In this document: positions 1-9,736 of the stretch, in pieces
Position numbering within the stretch: the stretch's first letter is position 1
Layout of the letters: the number at the start of each line of letters is the position of its first letter
Translations under genes and position numbers: made by a program
The notes under the pieces: model-generated
Seen by the model: the letters and a program-made list of their open reading frames with translations, nothing else
Database searches by the model: none
What the model was told of the DNA's origin: nothing
Origin: Acidobacteriota bacterium
GTDB taxonomy: Bacteria > Acidobacteriota > UBA890 > WLXD01
Direction of reading: 5' to 3'
Length of the DNA: 64,000 nucleotides
Assembly (NCBI GenBank): GCA_963666055.2
Contig: CAXWPH010000014.1
Location: 512,001 to 576,000, forward strand

Positions 1-929
1 AGCATGAAGTCGAACTCGCGCGACGGAAAGGCGTCGTTGGAGAGCGTAGAGTGTTCCGGTCCCCCGACGATGTTGTCGGCCGCTTCTCCCTCGCCCTTGA
101 GCAGGAGATCCGCCTTGGCGATGGCATAGGTCTCGGAATTGATCTCCTGACCGTAGAGATGGGTGGCGACCTGCTTGCCGCGCTGCTGGGCGATCTGCGT
201 CAACGTCTCCTCGGCCACTGTCAACATGCCCCCCGTGCCGCAGGCGCCGTCGTACACCAGGTAGGTTCCGGAGGCGATCTGGTCGGCGACAGGCAGCAGC
301 ACGAGCTTCGCCATGAGCTTCACGGCATCGCGCGGGGTCCAGTGCTCGCCGGCCTCTTCGTTGTTTTCCTCGTTGAAGCGGCGGACCAGCTCCTCGAAGA
401 TCGTGCCTATCGCGTGGTTGTCCAGGCCGGGATGCTTGACCGACCCGTCGCCATGAAGCACCGGGTGAGGACTCAGGTTCACGTCCGGCGACAGGAACTT
501 CTCGATCAGCGTGCCGAGGGCGTCGGCCTTGGACAGGCGGGGGATCTGGTTACGGAACTCGAACTTCTCCAGGATGTCCTGGACGTTGGGCGAGAAGCCG
601 TCGAGATAGGCTTCGAAGTCGGCCTTGAGCTGCTGTTGGCTGGCGCGGGCCTTGAGGTCGCGCAACGTGAACTTCGAGGTGTTGTAGAACGCTTGGCCTG
701 CGGCCTGACGCAGTGCCTGGTCCTGGTGGATAATCTCTGCTTCATCGAGCGAACTCCTCATATCCAGCACGGCCGGCTTGCTCGGCTCCAGGAGCGAGTC
801 AAGCCGCCGCAGCACGGTCATGGGCAAGATCACATCCCGATACTTGCCACGGACGTAGAGGTCGCGCAGCACGTCGTCCGCGATGCCCCAGATGAAGTTG
901 GCGATCCAGCCGAGTTGAGGTTGGTCCAC
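1..929 (-). CDS. hsdM: Type I restriction-modification methyltransferase subunit M (3' part lies outside the window)
   Basis: Manual translation of the - strand from GTG at 929 (GGAGGA RBS upstream): MDQPQLGWIANFIWGIADDVLRDLYVRGKYRDVILPMTVLRRLD...GEHWTPRDAV...YDGACGTGGML...REFDFML. These are typical HsdM N-terminal and SAM-binding motifs. Absent from the ORF track because there is no stop in the window. Confidence 0.93.
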   Translation of the reverse strand, partial: MDQPQLGWIANFIWGIADDVLRDLYVRGKYRDVILPMTVLRRLDSLLEPSKPAVLDMRSSLDEAEIIHQDQALRQAAGQAFYNTSKFTLRDLKARASQQQLKADFEAYLDGFSPNVQDILEKFEFRNQIPRLSKADALGTLIEKFLSPDVNLSPHPVLHGDGSVKHPGLDNHAIGTIFEELVRRFNEENNEEAGEHWTPRDAVKLMAKLVLLPVADQIASGTYLVYDGACGTGGMLTVAEETLTQIAQQRGKQVATHLYGQEINSETYAIAKADLLLKGEGEAADNIVGGPEHSTLSNDAFPSREFDFM

Positions 930-1886
930 GGATCCTCCTCCAAGGACCTGCCAGGGTTTCTTAGCGTCCAGCGGTGGCGGTAGTGAGGCGCTGTCGAGCT
1001 CGTGGTGAAACGCGAGTACACGATACGGCGTGGTTCGTCGATGAGCGCCAGCATGGTCGCCAGTTTGGCGATGCGTGCCGTGGTTGGAACCACGGCGGCG
1101 CGAACTCGTCAAGGTAGGCGAGCAACAAACGGACCTACATCGTGACCGGCGATATCTCCAACAGCTGCCGATGGCACCGCATCTTCAAGGCCATGAACGG
1201 TTTCGGCGAGGATCATATCTTGTTGATTGATGTAGGGACAGCGTCGCGCCGTGCCCCCCGGTTAGCCGCTGGTAGAAGATCGCGGCGTTGCCTGAGGGGA
1301 GGATCCCACAGGGACCGAAGGGTGGGTCTTCACCACGAGCCGATGAGAGCTCGCAGGATCGCCCAGGACGCGCGCCGAGCACCCGACACGTGGGTCCCCC
1401 CCCCGCCCCCCGGGTCCCCGTACCTTTGCCGGCGCGACGGCACGTCCCCGCCACGGCCGACGTGCACGCACGCCTGCATCGAGGCTATACCCGCCACCTA
1501 CGGCGTACAGCTACCATCGGACGCCTGCGACCTGACCGCGCCGCAAGTCGGCGAGCTCGCCGGGACCCGTATCCGCAACACCGCGACAAGCCTTTGTTTC
1601 CAATGACTTACGGCCATTCGTATCCGCTACGGCAGTGGGGTTTGTAGCGGATAGACCCTGCGTGCATGCATGCGCGATGTTCTCTGGCGTATCCGGTATA
1701 GGTTCCGGCAGGGGCTTCTCGACTGGCCGGCGGCTTCGGGTGATCCTCTCTTCTGACCCTTGGGGGCGGCTTCAGGACCCTGTGCCTTGCCGGGCGTTGG
1801 TCAATCAATCCAACCAACCATATTGACCCTCCAGGTTAACTTAAGTTTTGTACATACTCGTTCAATTTTCTGGTACGCTTGGAGTA

Positions 1887-2750
1887 ATGAGCGCGGAAGA
1901 TCAGACGGCTCGCTCTGACGAGCAGTACACGGCCAAGGACGTTCGTGAGATGGCGGACCTCAGCTATCGCCAGCTTAACGATTGGGATGGAAAGGGTCTG
2001 CTGCCTGGGGCGATTCGCGCAGAGGGCAAATGGCGTCGCTTCACGCCACGGGACCTGTTCACGATCATGGTCTGCTCCAAGCTGCGTGACAAATTCGGTG
2101 CCTCGTTGGAGTCGATCAGGTTCGTTCGGGATTGCATGTTGCAGGAAGATGCCGATCACTTTCAGGCTGCCGCAGAGATGATGGGCGAACTCGGAGTGCC
2201 GGTGTTGCTCATCACAGATCTCAAGGAGATGTTTGTGATGGACTCTGTCCTTGAGTGGATCGATCTCATGAAGCACGGGTATTTCAGCGGAGAGGCCGAC
2301 GGAAGCGATGGCGGAGCGTATGCAGTCGTGGTTGTGAACCCCATCGTGAACCGGATTCTCGGCTGCCTTAAGGAGCCGATCTCGATTCCGTACCACGGAC
2401 GAGGCTACAAGATCCTCCGACTTGTCAATGAGACGCTCGCAGTCCGGAATGAAGCTGAGCTGAAGATCCTCGACCTAGCGCGGAGCCGGGACTTTCAACG
2501 AATCGAAGTGGTGCTCAAAGGTGGTCAAGTGCAACTGATCCGAGCAGAACAGGACCTCGTTGACTTGACCGTTGAGGGCATTCAAGCAGTGGTTGAGGAA
2601 AGAAAGTACGAAACGATTACGTTGAAGAAACGGGATGGTGAGGTTGTCCGCGCCGTCCGTGAGATCGCATTCAAACCGAATAGCGAGGACCTGTACGCGA
2701 CGAAGCAGAAAGACCCTGCGCGTCGTAAGAAACGAAACAGCTCGCAATGA
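1887..2750 (+). CDS. MerR-type HTH DNA-binding protein with uncharacterised C-terminal region
   Basis: YTAKDVREMADLSYRQLNDWDGKGLLP...WRRFTPRDL is a MerR-like HTH; GGAG precedes ATG 1887. Confidence 0.8.
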   Translation: MSAEDQTARSDEQYTAKDVREMADLSYRQLNDWDGKGLLPGAIRAEGKWRRFTPRDLFTIMVCSKLRDKFGASLESIRFVRDCMLQEDADHFQAAAEMMGELGVPVLLITDLKEMFVMDSVLEWIDLMKHGYFSGEADGSDGGAYAVVVVNPIVNRILGCLKEPISIPYHGRGYKILRLVNETLAVRNEAELKILDLARSRDFQRIEVVLKGGQVQLIRAEQDLVDLTVEGIQAVVEERKYETITLKKRDGEVVRAVREIAFKPNSEDLYATKQKDPARRKKRNSSQ

Positions 2751-2834
2751 ACCAACAACCCACCTGGCACAGCGGAAGGAACCCGAGGGCTGGGCAGCTT
2801 AGCGTCCTACTGAGAGGACGTTGGGGATGCGCCA

Positions 2835-3105
2835 GTGCTCACGGTGGACCGTTGCCGGCAGCTGCTCGAAGCAACTGATCTCTCCGAACAAGCGATCGAG
2901 GAGATCCCGCGATGCCCTTTACAGCGTCGCCCGACTCACGATGGCCGAGGTTCAGCGAGCCCATGCGCGGATTCGTATCTGTGACATCGAGGTGTTGGAG
3001 GAACGTGCCGCGATCTGCGAGTTCGAGGGTGAAATGCAGCGTGACCAAGCGGAGGACGCGGCTTTGATCCAGCTCGACGCGTGGAAGGCGCGGAAACAGC
3101 AATGA
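2835..3105 (+). CDS. Small element-associated protein upstream of the recombinase (one +1 frameshift near 2906)
   Basis: Removing one C from ATCCCGCGAT joins MLTVDRCRQLLEATDLSEQAIEEI to RDALYSVARL...LEERAAICEFEGEMQRDQAEDAA. The EERAAIxEF motif is common in mobile-element proteins. The stop overlaps the recombinase ATG (ATGA). Confidence 0.6.
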
Positions 3106-4608
3106 AGAACGCTGTCATCTATTGCAGAGTTTCCACCGAGGATCAGGTGAAGAATCTGAGCCTCACGACTCAAGAGGAGTTCTGCCGACGCCATTGCGAA
3201 CGGGCTGACTTCGCGGTTCGAGAGATATTTGTCGACCGAGGGGCATCAGCGAAGACAGCGAACCGGCCGAGTTTCCAGGCGATGCTTGTATATTGCCGTC
3301 GGCACGCCCGGAGTATCGACTTCGTCGTTGTCTACCGGCTTGATCGCTTCGCCCGGAACGTCTACGACCACGTCGACGTGATCGGGCAGTTGGGCGAATG
3401 GGGGATTCTTCTCCGGTCAGTGACGGAGAGAATCGATGAAACCCCTACCGGCAAGTTCATGGCTACCATGGTCGCCGCGGTAAGCCAGTTGGACAATGAT
3501 GTTCGCCGGGAAAGGACCATCGACGGCATGCGTGCCGCACTCAAGCGAGGAAGATGGACGTTTCCGCCGCCGCTGGGGTACCTGCCGGGGAACAGGAGTC
3601 GTGGTGAAGCAAGCCTAATCTTTGACCCCGAACGGGCCGACTTGGTGCGCAGGGGCTTCGAGCTGATGGCAAAAGGTGCGCAGTCGCAGGCAGCGGTACT
3701 GGAAACCCTTACGGCTTTGGGGCTGCGAACAAAGCGTGGAAAGCTATTGCGGCCGCAAGAATTCGCGAAGTCGCTCCGGAAGCCTGTGTACGGTGGCCGG
3801 GTTGTATGCGAGAAGTTGGGCGTTGACGAACAGGGCGACTTCGAACCATTGGTCGACCAGAAGACGTACCAGCAGGTGCAGCGCCGTCTCGATGGGGGTA
3901 GACCGCGCATGAGGGACAACCCGGACTTTCCGCTTCGGCGGTTTGTTCGCTGTGAGAGATGCGAGCAGCCGGCTTACTGCCGGATGGTCACGGGGGCGCA
4001 GCGCGAGCTACGCCTACTACCGATGCCCGAAGTGCAGCCGTCCCGGCGTTAGCGCCCGTAGGCACGTTCTTGAAGAGGCTTTCATTGAGGAACTCACTTG
4101 TGTGCAACCGGACCCGCGTGTGTTGCCGCTATTCGCGGAGATTGTGCGCGACTTGTGGACCGAAGAGCGAAGCCTTGAAGACGCAGAGGCTCGCCAGCTC
4201 GCGAGGCGCATAGAAGATCGAGAGAAGGTTCGTGAGCGGCTCCTGAATGCGCTCTTGCGCGGCGCGGTCGACGACGAGACATATCGGCAGCACGACGAGA
4301 AATTGCGAAAGGAGACCGCCGAGGCGGAGTCACAGCGGATTGGTATCCGCTCTGACGAACCAGATGTTGAGGTGGTGATCGCGTTTGCTGCCGAGGTGAT
4401 GTCGGACCTTGCCGGATATTGGAACCGGGCTGAACCCTCGGCGAAGACTGCCTTGCAGAGAGTTGTGTATCCCGGAGGTTTGACTTTCGACGGCGAACGA
4501 CTTGGAACCGCCGTAACTAGCCCTGTTTTCAGCTACTTGCAGGGATTCACGGACCAGAAAAACAAATTGGCAGCCCTAACGGGATTTGAACCCGTGTCTC
4601 CGCCTTGA
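3102..4608 (+). CDS. Large serine recombinase/integrase (resolvase, recombinase and Zn-ribbon domains), +1 frameshift near 3971
   Basis: AVIYCRVSTEDQ catalytic motif, VVYRLDRFARN, PPLGY, RCERCEQP|LTAGWSRGRSASYAYYRC Zn ribbon, then a coiled coil. ORFs 3081..4052 and 3943..4608 join if one G is removed. Confidence 0.9.
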
Positions 4609-4645
4609 GAGGGCGGTGTCCTGGGCCAGGCTAGACGATAGGGCC
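4568..4645 (-). tRNA. tRNA-Glu (anticodon CTC)
   Basis: GGCCCTATCGTCTAGCCTGGCCCAGGACACCGCCCTCTCAAGGCGGAGACACGGGTTCAAATCCCGTTAGGGCTGCCA folds as a cloverleaf with encoded CCA. Confidence 0.95.
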
Positions 4646-4735
4646 GCCAGAGGTCATAGCTACTTGAATGCCCAGGGACCCAGAGACTTTAACGAGGCTC
4701 TTTGACCGGGGCAAGCTTGCTGAGAGGCGGTGAAT

Positions 4736-5899
4736 TCAGCCCTTCAAGGTCTTGCCGAGCACTTCGGTGAGAATCTTGCGCGCCGAGGCGGCCAGCGGTA
4801 GCTCGGCGGCCTCTTGGGGCCGGAACCAGCCGGATTCCGTGGCGACGGTGCTGTCGAGCTCGGGCTCCCGTACGGTGATCTCGCCGCTCCCTTCGGGAGG
4901 TTGGCGCAAACCGTTGCTGCGCCCTTCCTGCTGATCGCAGAGCCGACCCGAGTAAACGCGACACTCAATGCGCCGGTTGGTCATTCCGTGCTTGATCTCG
5001 CCCAACTTGTCGCCGAGATCGATGTGCCAACCGAGCTCGGCGAGATGGCGGCTGAAGGCCGACTTGGTGGCGCGCGACGCGCCGAGGCGCGAGTCGAGCG
5101 TCGGGAACTCCCACATGTCCTGAACGAGGGTAGGCCGCTGGCCGCGCAGCAGCAGCACCCGCCCGTCGCGCTCGACTACGGTGGCGAGCTCGGTGACGGC
5201 GCGGACGGTTTGGCGCTTGATCGGCAGGATCAGCTCCTCGATTCCGAGGGCGTGGGCCGCGCACCAGCTTGCCACCGGGCACTCGTCGCAACCCGGCGAG
5301 CGCGGCGTGCAGACGCGGGCGCCGAGCTCCATGATCGCCTGATTGAGGTCGCCCGGCTCGTGTTTCTGCATTGCCTCGGCGACCAGCCCCTCGAGCTGCC
5401 GCCGCACGGGCCCGCGGCGTGGGTCGTCGACGATGCCCCCGATACGGCACAGGGCGCGACCGACGTTGCCGTCCACCGACAGCGCCGCGATGCCGAACGA
5501 GATAGAGCCAACCGCGGCAGCGGTGTAGGGGCCGAGCCCGGGCAGGGCGCGCAACGCGGCAAGATCCTCAGGGATCCGGCCGTCGTGGTCGGCAACGACG
5601 ACTCGAGCGAGTTGGTGCAATGATCGCGCCCGGCGGTAGTAGCCGAGGCCCGACCACTCGGTGAGAACCTCTCCGACCTCGGCGTCGGCCAGCGCGGCGA
5701 TCGTCCGAAACCGCTCGAGAAAAGAGGCGTAGCGCCCGAGCACGGTTTCGACGCGCGTTTGCTGCAGCATGATCTCCGATACCAGAATCGCGTAGGGATC
5801 GCGGGTGCGGCGCCACGGCAAGTCGCGACCGACCTCCCGGTACCAGTGGACGAGCTCGGCGGCTAGCTCGAGCGGCAGCGAGTTTGGTTGATTTGCCAC
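4736..5899 (-). CDS. mutY: A/G-specific adenine DNA glycosylase
   Basis: RDLPWRRTRDPYAILVSEIMLQQTRV, WSGLGYYRRAR, LPGLGPYTA, VDGNV and the CTPRSPGCDECPVASWC Fe-S motif. Start reassigned to GTG 5899. Confidence 0.95.
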   Translation of the reverse strand: MANQPNSLPLELAAELVHWYREVGRDLPWRRTRDPYAILVSEIMLQQTRVETVLGRYASFLERFRTIAALADAEVGEVLTEWSGLGYYRRARSLHQLARVVVADHDGRIPEDLAALRALPGLGPYTAAAVGSISFGIAALSVDGNVGRALCRIGGIVDDPRRGPVRRQLEGLVAEAMQKHEPGDLNQAIMELGARVCTPRSPGCDECPVASWCAAHALGIEELILPIKRQTVRAVTELATVVERDGRVLLLRGQRPTLVQDMWEFPTLDSRLGASRATKSAFSRHLAELGWHIDLGDKLGEIKHGMTNRRIECRVYSGRLCDQQEGRSNGLRQPPEGSGEITVREPELDSTVATESGWFRPQEAAELPLAASARKILTEVLGKTLKG

Positions 5900-5937
5900 T
5901 CTGGTGGCGTGGTCGTCGGGCAGCGCTCCGCGCCGGC

Positions 5938-6750
5938 TCACGCCGCCTCCGCCGCTGCGTCGCGCAGCAGCTGCTCGATCAGATTGCGGGCGCAGAGCTC
6001 GCCGCGGCTGGTGAGCTTCCACCAATGCTTTTCGATCTTCAGCTCGCGGACGATCTCGGCGACGGTGCGGCCCTCGTCGTGCATCACCACGACCTGCTGC
6101 TGCAGGCCGAGCAGGAAGTCGAGCTTCTTGCCGATCCTGTCCTGGTGGCTCTCGTGCATACCCGAGTGCTGGCAGAACAGCGTGCAATCCGGCAGCTCCA
6201 TGAGGGTACGGAGTGATTGGATGATCTCGGTGATGTTCTCGTCGGAGCGCAGCACCTTGAGCCGTGTGGCAAGGAACACGTCGCCGCCGAACAGCCAGCG
6301 CTGATCGGGCTCGTACAGGACGATGTGATCGGGGGCGTGCCCTGGGGTGTGCAGCACCTGAAACGAGTATTGCGCTGTGCTGAGCCCGGCGCCGAGCGGC
6401 TTGGTCTCGAACGGTTCGGGTGTGCCCCACACGACCCTTCTATAGAGGGGCACGTTCCCAGGATTGCGCACCAGCGGCAGCGTCAACGGGTGGGCGAGGG
6501 GAGGGCGATCGATGTGCCGCGAGGCGAACGCGGCGTTGCCGGTGTGGTCCTCGTGGTGGTGTGTCAGCACGATCTGATCGGCGTCGACCTGGCCCATGAT
6601 CGAGGCGAACTCGACGGGCGCGTTCGGCGGCCCGGTATCGATCAGTAGGCCATCAACGAAATAGACACCGGCCGACAAGTAGTAACGACCGGCGACGGAG
6701 CGCGCCAGCGAAAAGAAGCGTACGGGGCCGTATTCTGCGGAGCGCAGCAC
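5938..6750 (-). CDS. Metallo-beta-lactamase-fold hydrolase
   Basis: LIDTG, THHHEDH, HTPGHAPDH and FGGD motifs. Confidence 0.9.
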   Translation of the reverse strand: MLRSAEYGPVRFFSLARSVAGRYYLSAGVYFVDGLLIDTGPPNAPVEFASIMGQVDADQIVLTHHHEDHTGNAAFASRHIDRPPLAHPLTLPLVRNPGNVPLYRRVVWGTPEPFETKPLGAGLSTAQYSFQVLHTPGHAPDHIVLYEPDQRWLFGGDVFLATRLKVLRSDENITEIIQSLRTLMELPDCTLFCQHSGMHESHQDRIGKKLDFLLGLQQQVVVMHDEGRTVAEIVRELKIEKHWWKLTSRGELCARNLIEQLLRDAAAEAA

Positions 6751-6753
6751 GAT

Positions 6754-7575
6754 TCAGTCGTCGCCGGAGGTCGCGGCGGCCGCCGCATCGACACCCTTCG
6801 CGGATGGATCGTCGGCAATCCGGGGGACCCCGGGCTCACGGGCCAGCCGTGACTGAATGTCCTGCAGATGGCGCATCAGCTGGGCGCGCGTGCCGGCGGC
6901 GTGCGGGTTGAGGTTCTGGATGGCGGTGAACAGCTCCCAGGTATCCTCGCCCACGGTTTCGGCGACCTCGCGGAACAGGTTGTAGCCGGGCGTGCGAATC
7001 AGCGACTCGCTCTTCTCGAGCTGCGCCAGGGCGCGGCCGACGAACTGGGCCAGAGCCTGCGTTTGGGCGATGTCGCGGTCGTGCGTCTCGGCGTCACACA
7101 CGATGACCTCGAGGCCGAGCTCCTCGAGAAAGGCACGAGCCTTGTCGAGCCGCTCGGTGCGCGCCGGACACAGCACGATGCGATGGCCGTCGAGGCCGTC
7201 GCCGGCGCTTTGCGGGCCGAACATCGGATGGGTGCCGAGGATCTCGACGTCCTCTGGCAATATGCGCAGCATCTGCTCTACCGGCACCAGCTTCACCGAG
7301 CCCACGTCGATAATGAGGGCGCCGGGCCGCACGTGGTCGCGCATGGCGTTGAGCGCTGCCGAAAGCTCCTGCACGGGGACAGCGACGATGACATACGGGC
7401 AGGCCGCAGCCTCTTGGACCGTGCCCCAATCGATGTCGAGCTGCGCGGCGGCCGCCGAGCGATCGAGCTCGTCGGCGGCGACGATATCGAAGGTATCGCG
7501 CAGGTGTTTGGCCACCAGGCGGCCGAAGCTGCCGAGTCCGATCAGCCCCAGCTTTCTCGTGTCGGTGTGTGCCAT
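6754..7575 (-). CDS. tyrA: Prephenate/arogenate dehydrogenase
   Basis: GLIGLGSFG Rossmann motif, DVGSVK, THPMFGP, HDRDIAQTQAL. Start could instead be 7599. Confidence 0.88.
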   Translation of the reverse strand: MAHTDTRKLGLIGLGSFGRLVAKHLRDTFDIVAADELDRSAAAAQLDIDWGTVQEAAACPYVIVAVPVQELSAALNAMRDHVRPGALIIDVGSVKLVPVEQMLRILPEDVEILGTHPMFGPQSAGDGLDGHRIVLCPARTERLDKARAFLEELGLEVIVCDAETHDRDIAQTQALAQFVGRALAQLEKSESLIRTPGYNLFREVAETVGEDTWELFTAIQNLNPHAAGTRAQLMRHLQDIQSRLAREPGVPRIADDPSAKGVDAAAAATSGDD

Positions 7576-7747
7576 CGCCGCAAGAGTGTACAGGCGCATG
7601 TCGTCCCCTGCGTGCCTGTCCGTGGGAGTTTGTCCTCGGCCGGTTACCGTGCGACACTGCCGTTCGGCGAGCCGTCCCCGTTGTGCGTGGCTCCCGATCC
7701 CCTCCTGGTCTGTTCCGCCTTTCTTGTCTACATTCAGGCTTGTCGAG

Positions 7748-9145
7748 ATGAGATCGATCGTCTGCGCAACCCTCGCGTTCTGGGCGCTGGCTGTACCAGC
7801 GGCGTCGGCCCAAGGCCTCGACCGTGCTGCGGTGCCGCGGCAACAGTTGCCGGGCAGTCAAGCGGCCCAGCAACAGCAGCAGACATCCACCGGCGGCGAC
7901 ACCCAGGCATCGCAGCAGCCCCAGCAGGAAGAAGAAGAGCAAGGTCCCGCCGGCTTGCTCGTGTTCCTCGATTGCGATCGCCGCAATTGTGACCTCGACT
8001 ACCTGCGCCGCGAGATCACGTTCATCAACTACATGCGCGATCGCCAGGATGCCCAGATCCATGTACTCGTAACCACGCAGCGCGCCGGGGCCGGCGAGGA
8101 ATTTACCTTCGACTTCATCGGCCTGCGGGAGTTCGAGGGCGACGACCACAGCTTCACGTACACGTCGAGCAGCACGGACACCGACGACGAAACTCGCGCC
8201 GGCGTCGCGCAAATGCTCCGTGTCGGCATACTCCACTACCTGGCCAAGACGCCGCTGATCAACGACATTGAGATCCGCGCGGCAGTTGAAACCATGGAGC
8301 GGCGGTTCCTGGTGGTGGACCCGGCCGACGATCCGTGGAATTTCTGGGTGTTTCGCTTCGGCGTCGACGGCCGCATCGGCGGCGAGGACAGACGCTCCAA
8401 CCGCAACGTCAACTTCAACGCCTCGGCCAACCGCACCACCGAGGAATGGAAGTTGCGTTTCAACGCCAACCTGCGCTACGACGACCGCAAGTTCATCTTC
8501 GACGATGGCAGCGAATCGTTTTCGTTCAACCACATCTGGTGGCTCAACCACCAGACTGTGAAGAGCCTCGGCGAGCATTGGGGGGCATCGTTCGAGGTAT
8601 CGACAATGCACGCGACGTTCGTCAACACCGATCTGGTCGCTACCATCGCCCCCGGCATCGAGTACAACATCTTTCCCTTTTCGGAATCGTCGCGCCGGTC
8701 GTTCACGATCACGTATCAAGTCGGCGGCAGCTACAACCAGTACATTGAACCAACGATCTTCGGGGTGACGGAAGAGACCCTCTTCGACCACTCGCTGCTG
8801 GTGAACCTCGACGCGGTGCAGCCCTGGGGTGAGCTGGAGGTCGGAATGGACGCGGCGCAGTACTTCACCGATCCGAGCCAGTGGCGCTTGGTATTCCAAG
8901 GCCGATTGGAGTTCCGCATCGTCAGAGGGTTGAACTTCAACGTCAGGGGCAATTGGGCGGCCATCCACGACCAGCGTTTTATCGCCGCCGGCGGCCAAAC
9001 CGACGAGGAGATTCTTCTCCAGCGCCGGGCGTTGGCAACCAATTCGCGCTACAGCTTCAGGGTGGGCTTCAATTACACCTTCGGGTCGATCTTCAACAAC
9101 GTGGTGAATCCGCGATTCACCAACGATTTCAACCGCTTCTTCTAA
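7748..9145 (+). CDS. Secreted, probable outer-membrane beta-barrel protein of unknown function
   Basis: Signal peptide MRSIVCATLAFWALAVPAASAQ, Q/E-rich linker, VFLDCDRRNC, amphipathic beta strands, C-terminal YTFGSIFNNVVNPRF...FF. Confidence 0.8.
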   Translation: MRSIVCATLAFWALAVPAASAQGLDRAAVPRQQLPGSQAAQQQQQTSTGGDTQASQQPQQEEEEQGPAGLLVFLDCDRRNCDLDYLRREITFINYMRDRQDAQIHVLVTTQRAGAGEEFTFDFIGLREFEGDDHSFTYTSSSTDTDDETRAGVAQMLRVGILHYLAKTPLINDIEIRAAVETMERRFLVVDPADDPWNFWVFRFGVDGRIGGEDRRSNRNVNFNASANRTTEEWKLRFNANLRYDDRKFIFDDGSESFSFNHIWWLNHQTVKSLGEHWGASFEVSTMHATFVNTDLVATIAPGIEYNIFPFSESSRRSFTITYQVGGSYNQYIEPTIFGVTEETLFDHSLLVNLDAVQPWGELEVGMDAAQYFTDPSQWRLVFQGRLEFRIVRGLNFNVRGNWAAIHDQRFIAAGGQTDEEILLQRRALATNSRYSFRVGFNYTFGSIFNNVVNPRFTNDFNRFF

Positions 9146-9212
9146 CAGAGTGCTCAAAGACTCCCGAGGGTGCCCGTAACGGCACCCCCGGGGGGCTCTC
9201 AGCACCCTGCTG
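9143..9212. repeat. Short palindromic repeat, family 2 (copy 1)
   Basis: TAACAGAGTGCTCAAAGACTCCCGAGGGTGCC-CGTAAC-GGCACCCCCGGGGGGCTCTCAGCACCCTGCTG; related copies at 34935 and 35317. Confidence 0.7.
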
Positions 9213-9291
9213 AGCGTTTCTTGGTTGCCTCTGGGCCGCCGCCCGCGCACACTGCCCGGAAGTTCGCCATTCATCGGCAACCGAGGCGCCC

Positions 9292-9732
9292 ATGGCCAAG
9301 AAAGGCCAAATCCCGGACCAGCTGCCCGCCGCGTTCGATTTCGGCCGCGTTCCCGTAAACCGCCACTTCGGGTTCTCGCTGCAGTCGGTCCGGCGCGGCA
9401 AGGCAGAGGTGGCCATGCCGCTGAAACGGTCCTTCTGGCAGGAAGAAGGCGTGGTGCACGGCGGCGTCCTTACGACACTCGCCGATACCGCGGCGGTGTA
9501 TACGATCTCCCCGTTTCTCGACGACGACCAAACGATGACGAGCATCGAGTTCAAGATGAACTTCTTGCGCCCGGCTTCGATCGATGCGGGTTCGGTTACC
9601 GCCAAGGCCAGCCTCGTACGGCAGGGCAAAACGATTGCCCTCTGCGAGGTCGACGTCATGCAGACTCGTCGACTCGTCGCCACGGGGTTGTTCACCTACT
9701 TGATCTATTCGAAGGACGAAGCCGGCAACTAG
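9292..9732 (+). CDS. PaaI-family (hotdog-fold) thioesterase
   Basis: VVHGGVLTTLADTA and TSIEFKMNFLRP motifs. Confidence 0.92.
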   Translation: MAKKGQIPDQLPAAFDFGRVPVNRHFGFSLQSVRRGKAEVAMPLKRSFWQEEGVVHGGVLTTLADTAAVYTISPFLDDDQTMTSIEFKMNFLRPASIDAGSVTAKASLVRQGKTIALCEVDVMQTRRLVATGLFTYLIYSKDEAGN

Positions 9733-9736
9733 CCTG

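Larger units (their letters stand above)
1..4608. mobile_element. Right end of an integrative element/genomic island inserted at tRNA-Glu
   Basis: The integrase abuts and overlaps the tRNA 3' end; cargo includes hsdM and a regulator; the region looks less GC-rich than the flanking core genes. The other att site is outside the window. Confidence 0.8.

Noticed and set aside
51-983. 310-aa + strand ORF
   Set aside because: Antisense shadow of hsdM, which has clear motifs and an RBS on the - strand.
3960-3985. Programmed frameshift in the integrase
   Set aside because: No slippery heptamer; same +1 signature as the other probable sequencing errors.
5900-6430. N-terminal 177-aa extension of MutY in the ORF track
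   Set aside because: Arg/Ala-rich off-frame reading of the upstream MBL gene; MutY homology starts near 5899.
6992-7747. N-terminal extension of the 717-aa ORF, and the antisense 728-aa ORF at 7094..9280
   Set aside because: The extension overlaps tyrA antisense; the real start is the signal peptide at 7748. Long shadow ORFs are expected at this GC content.
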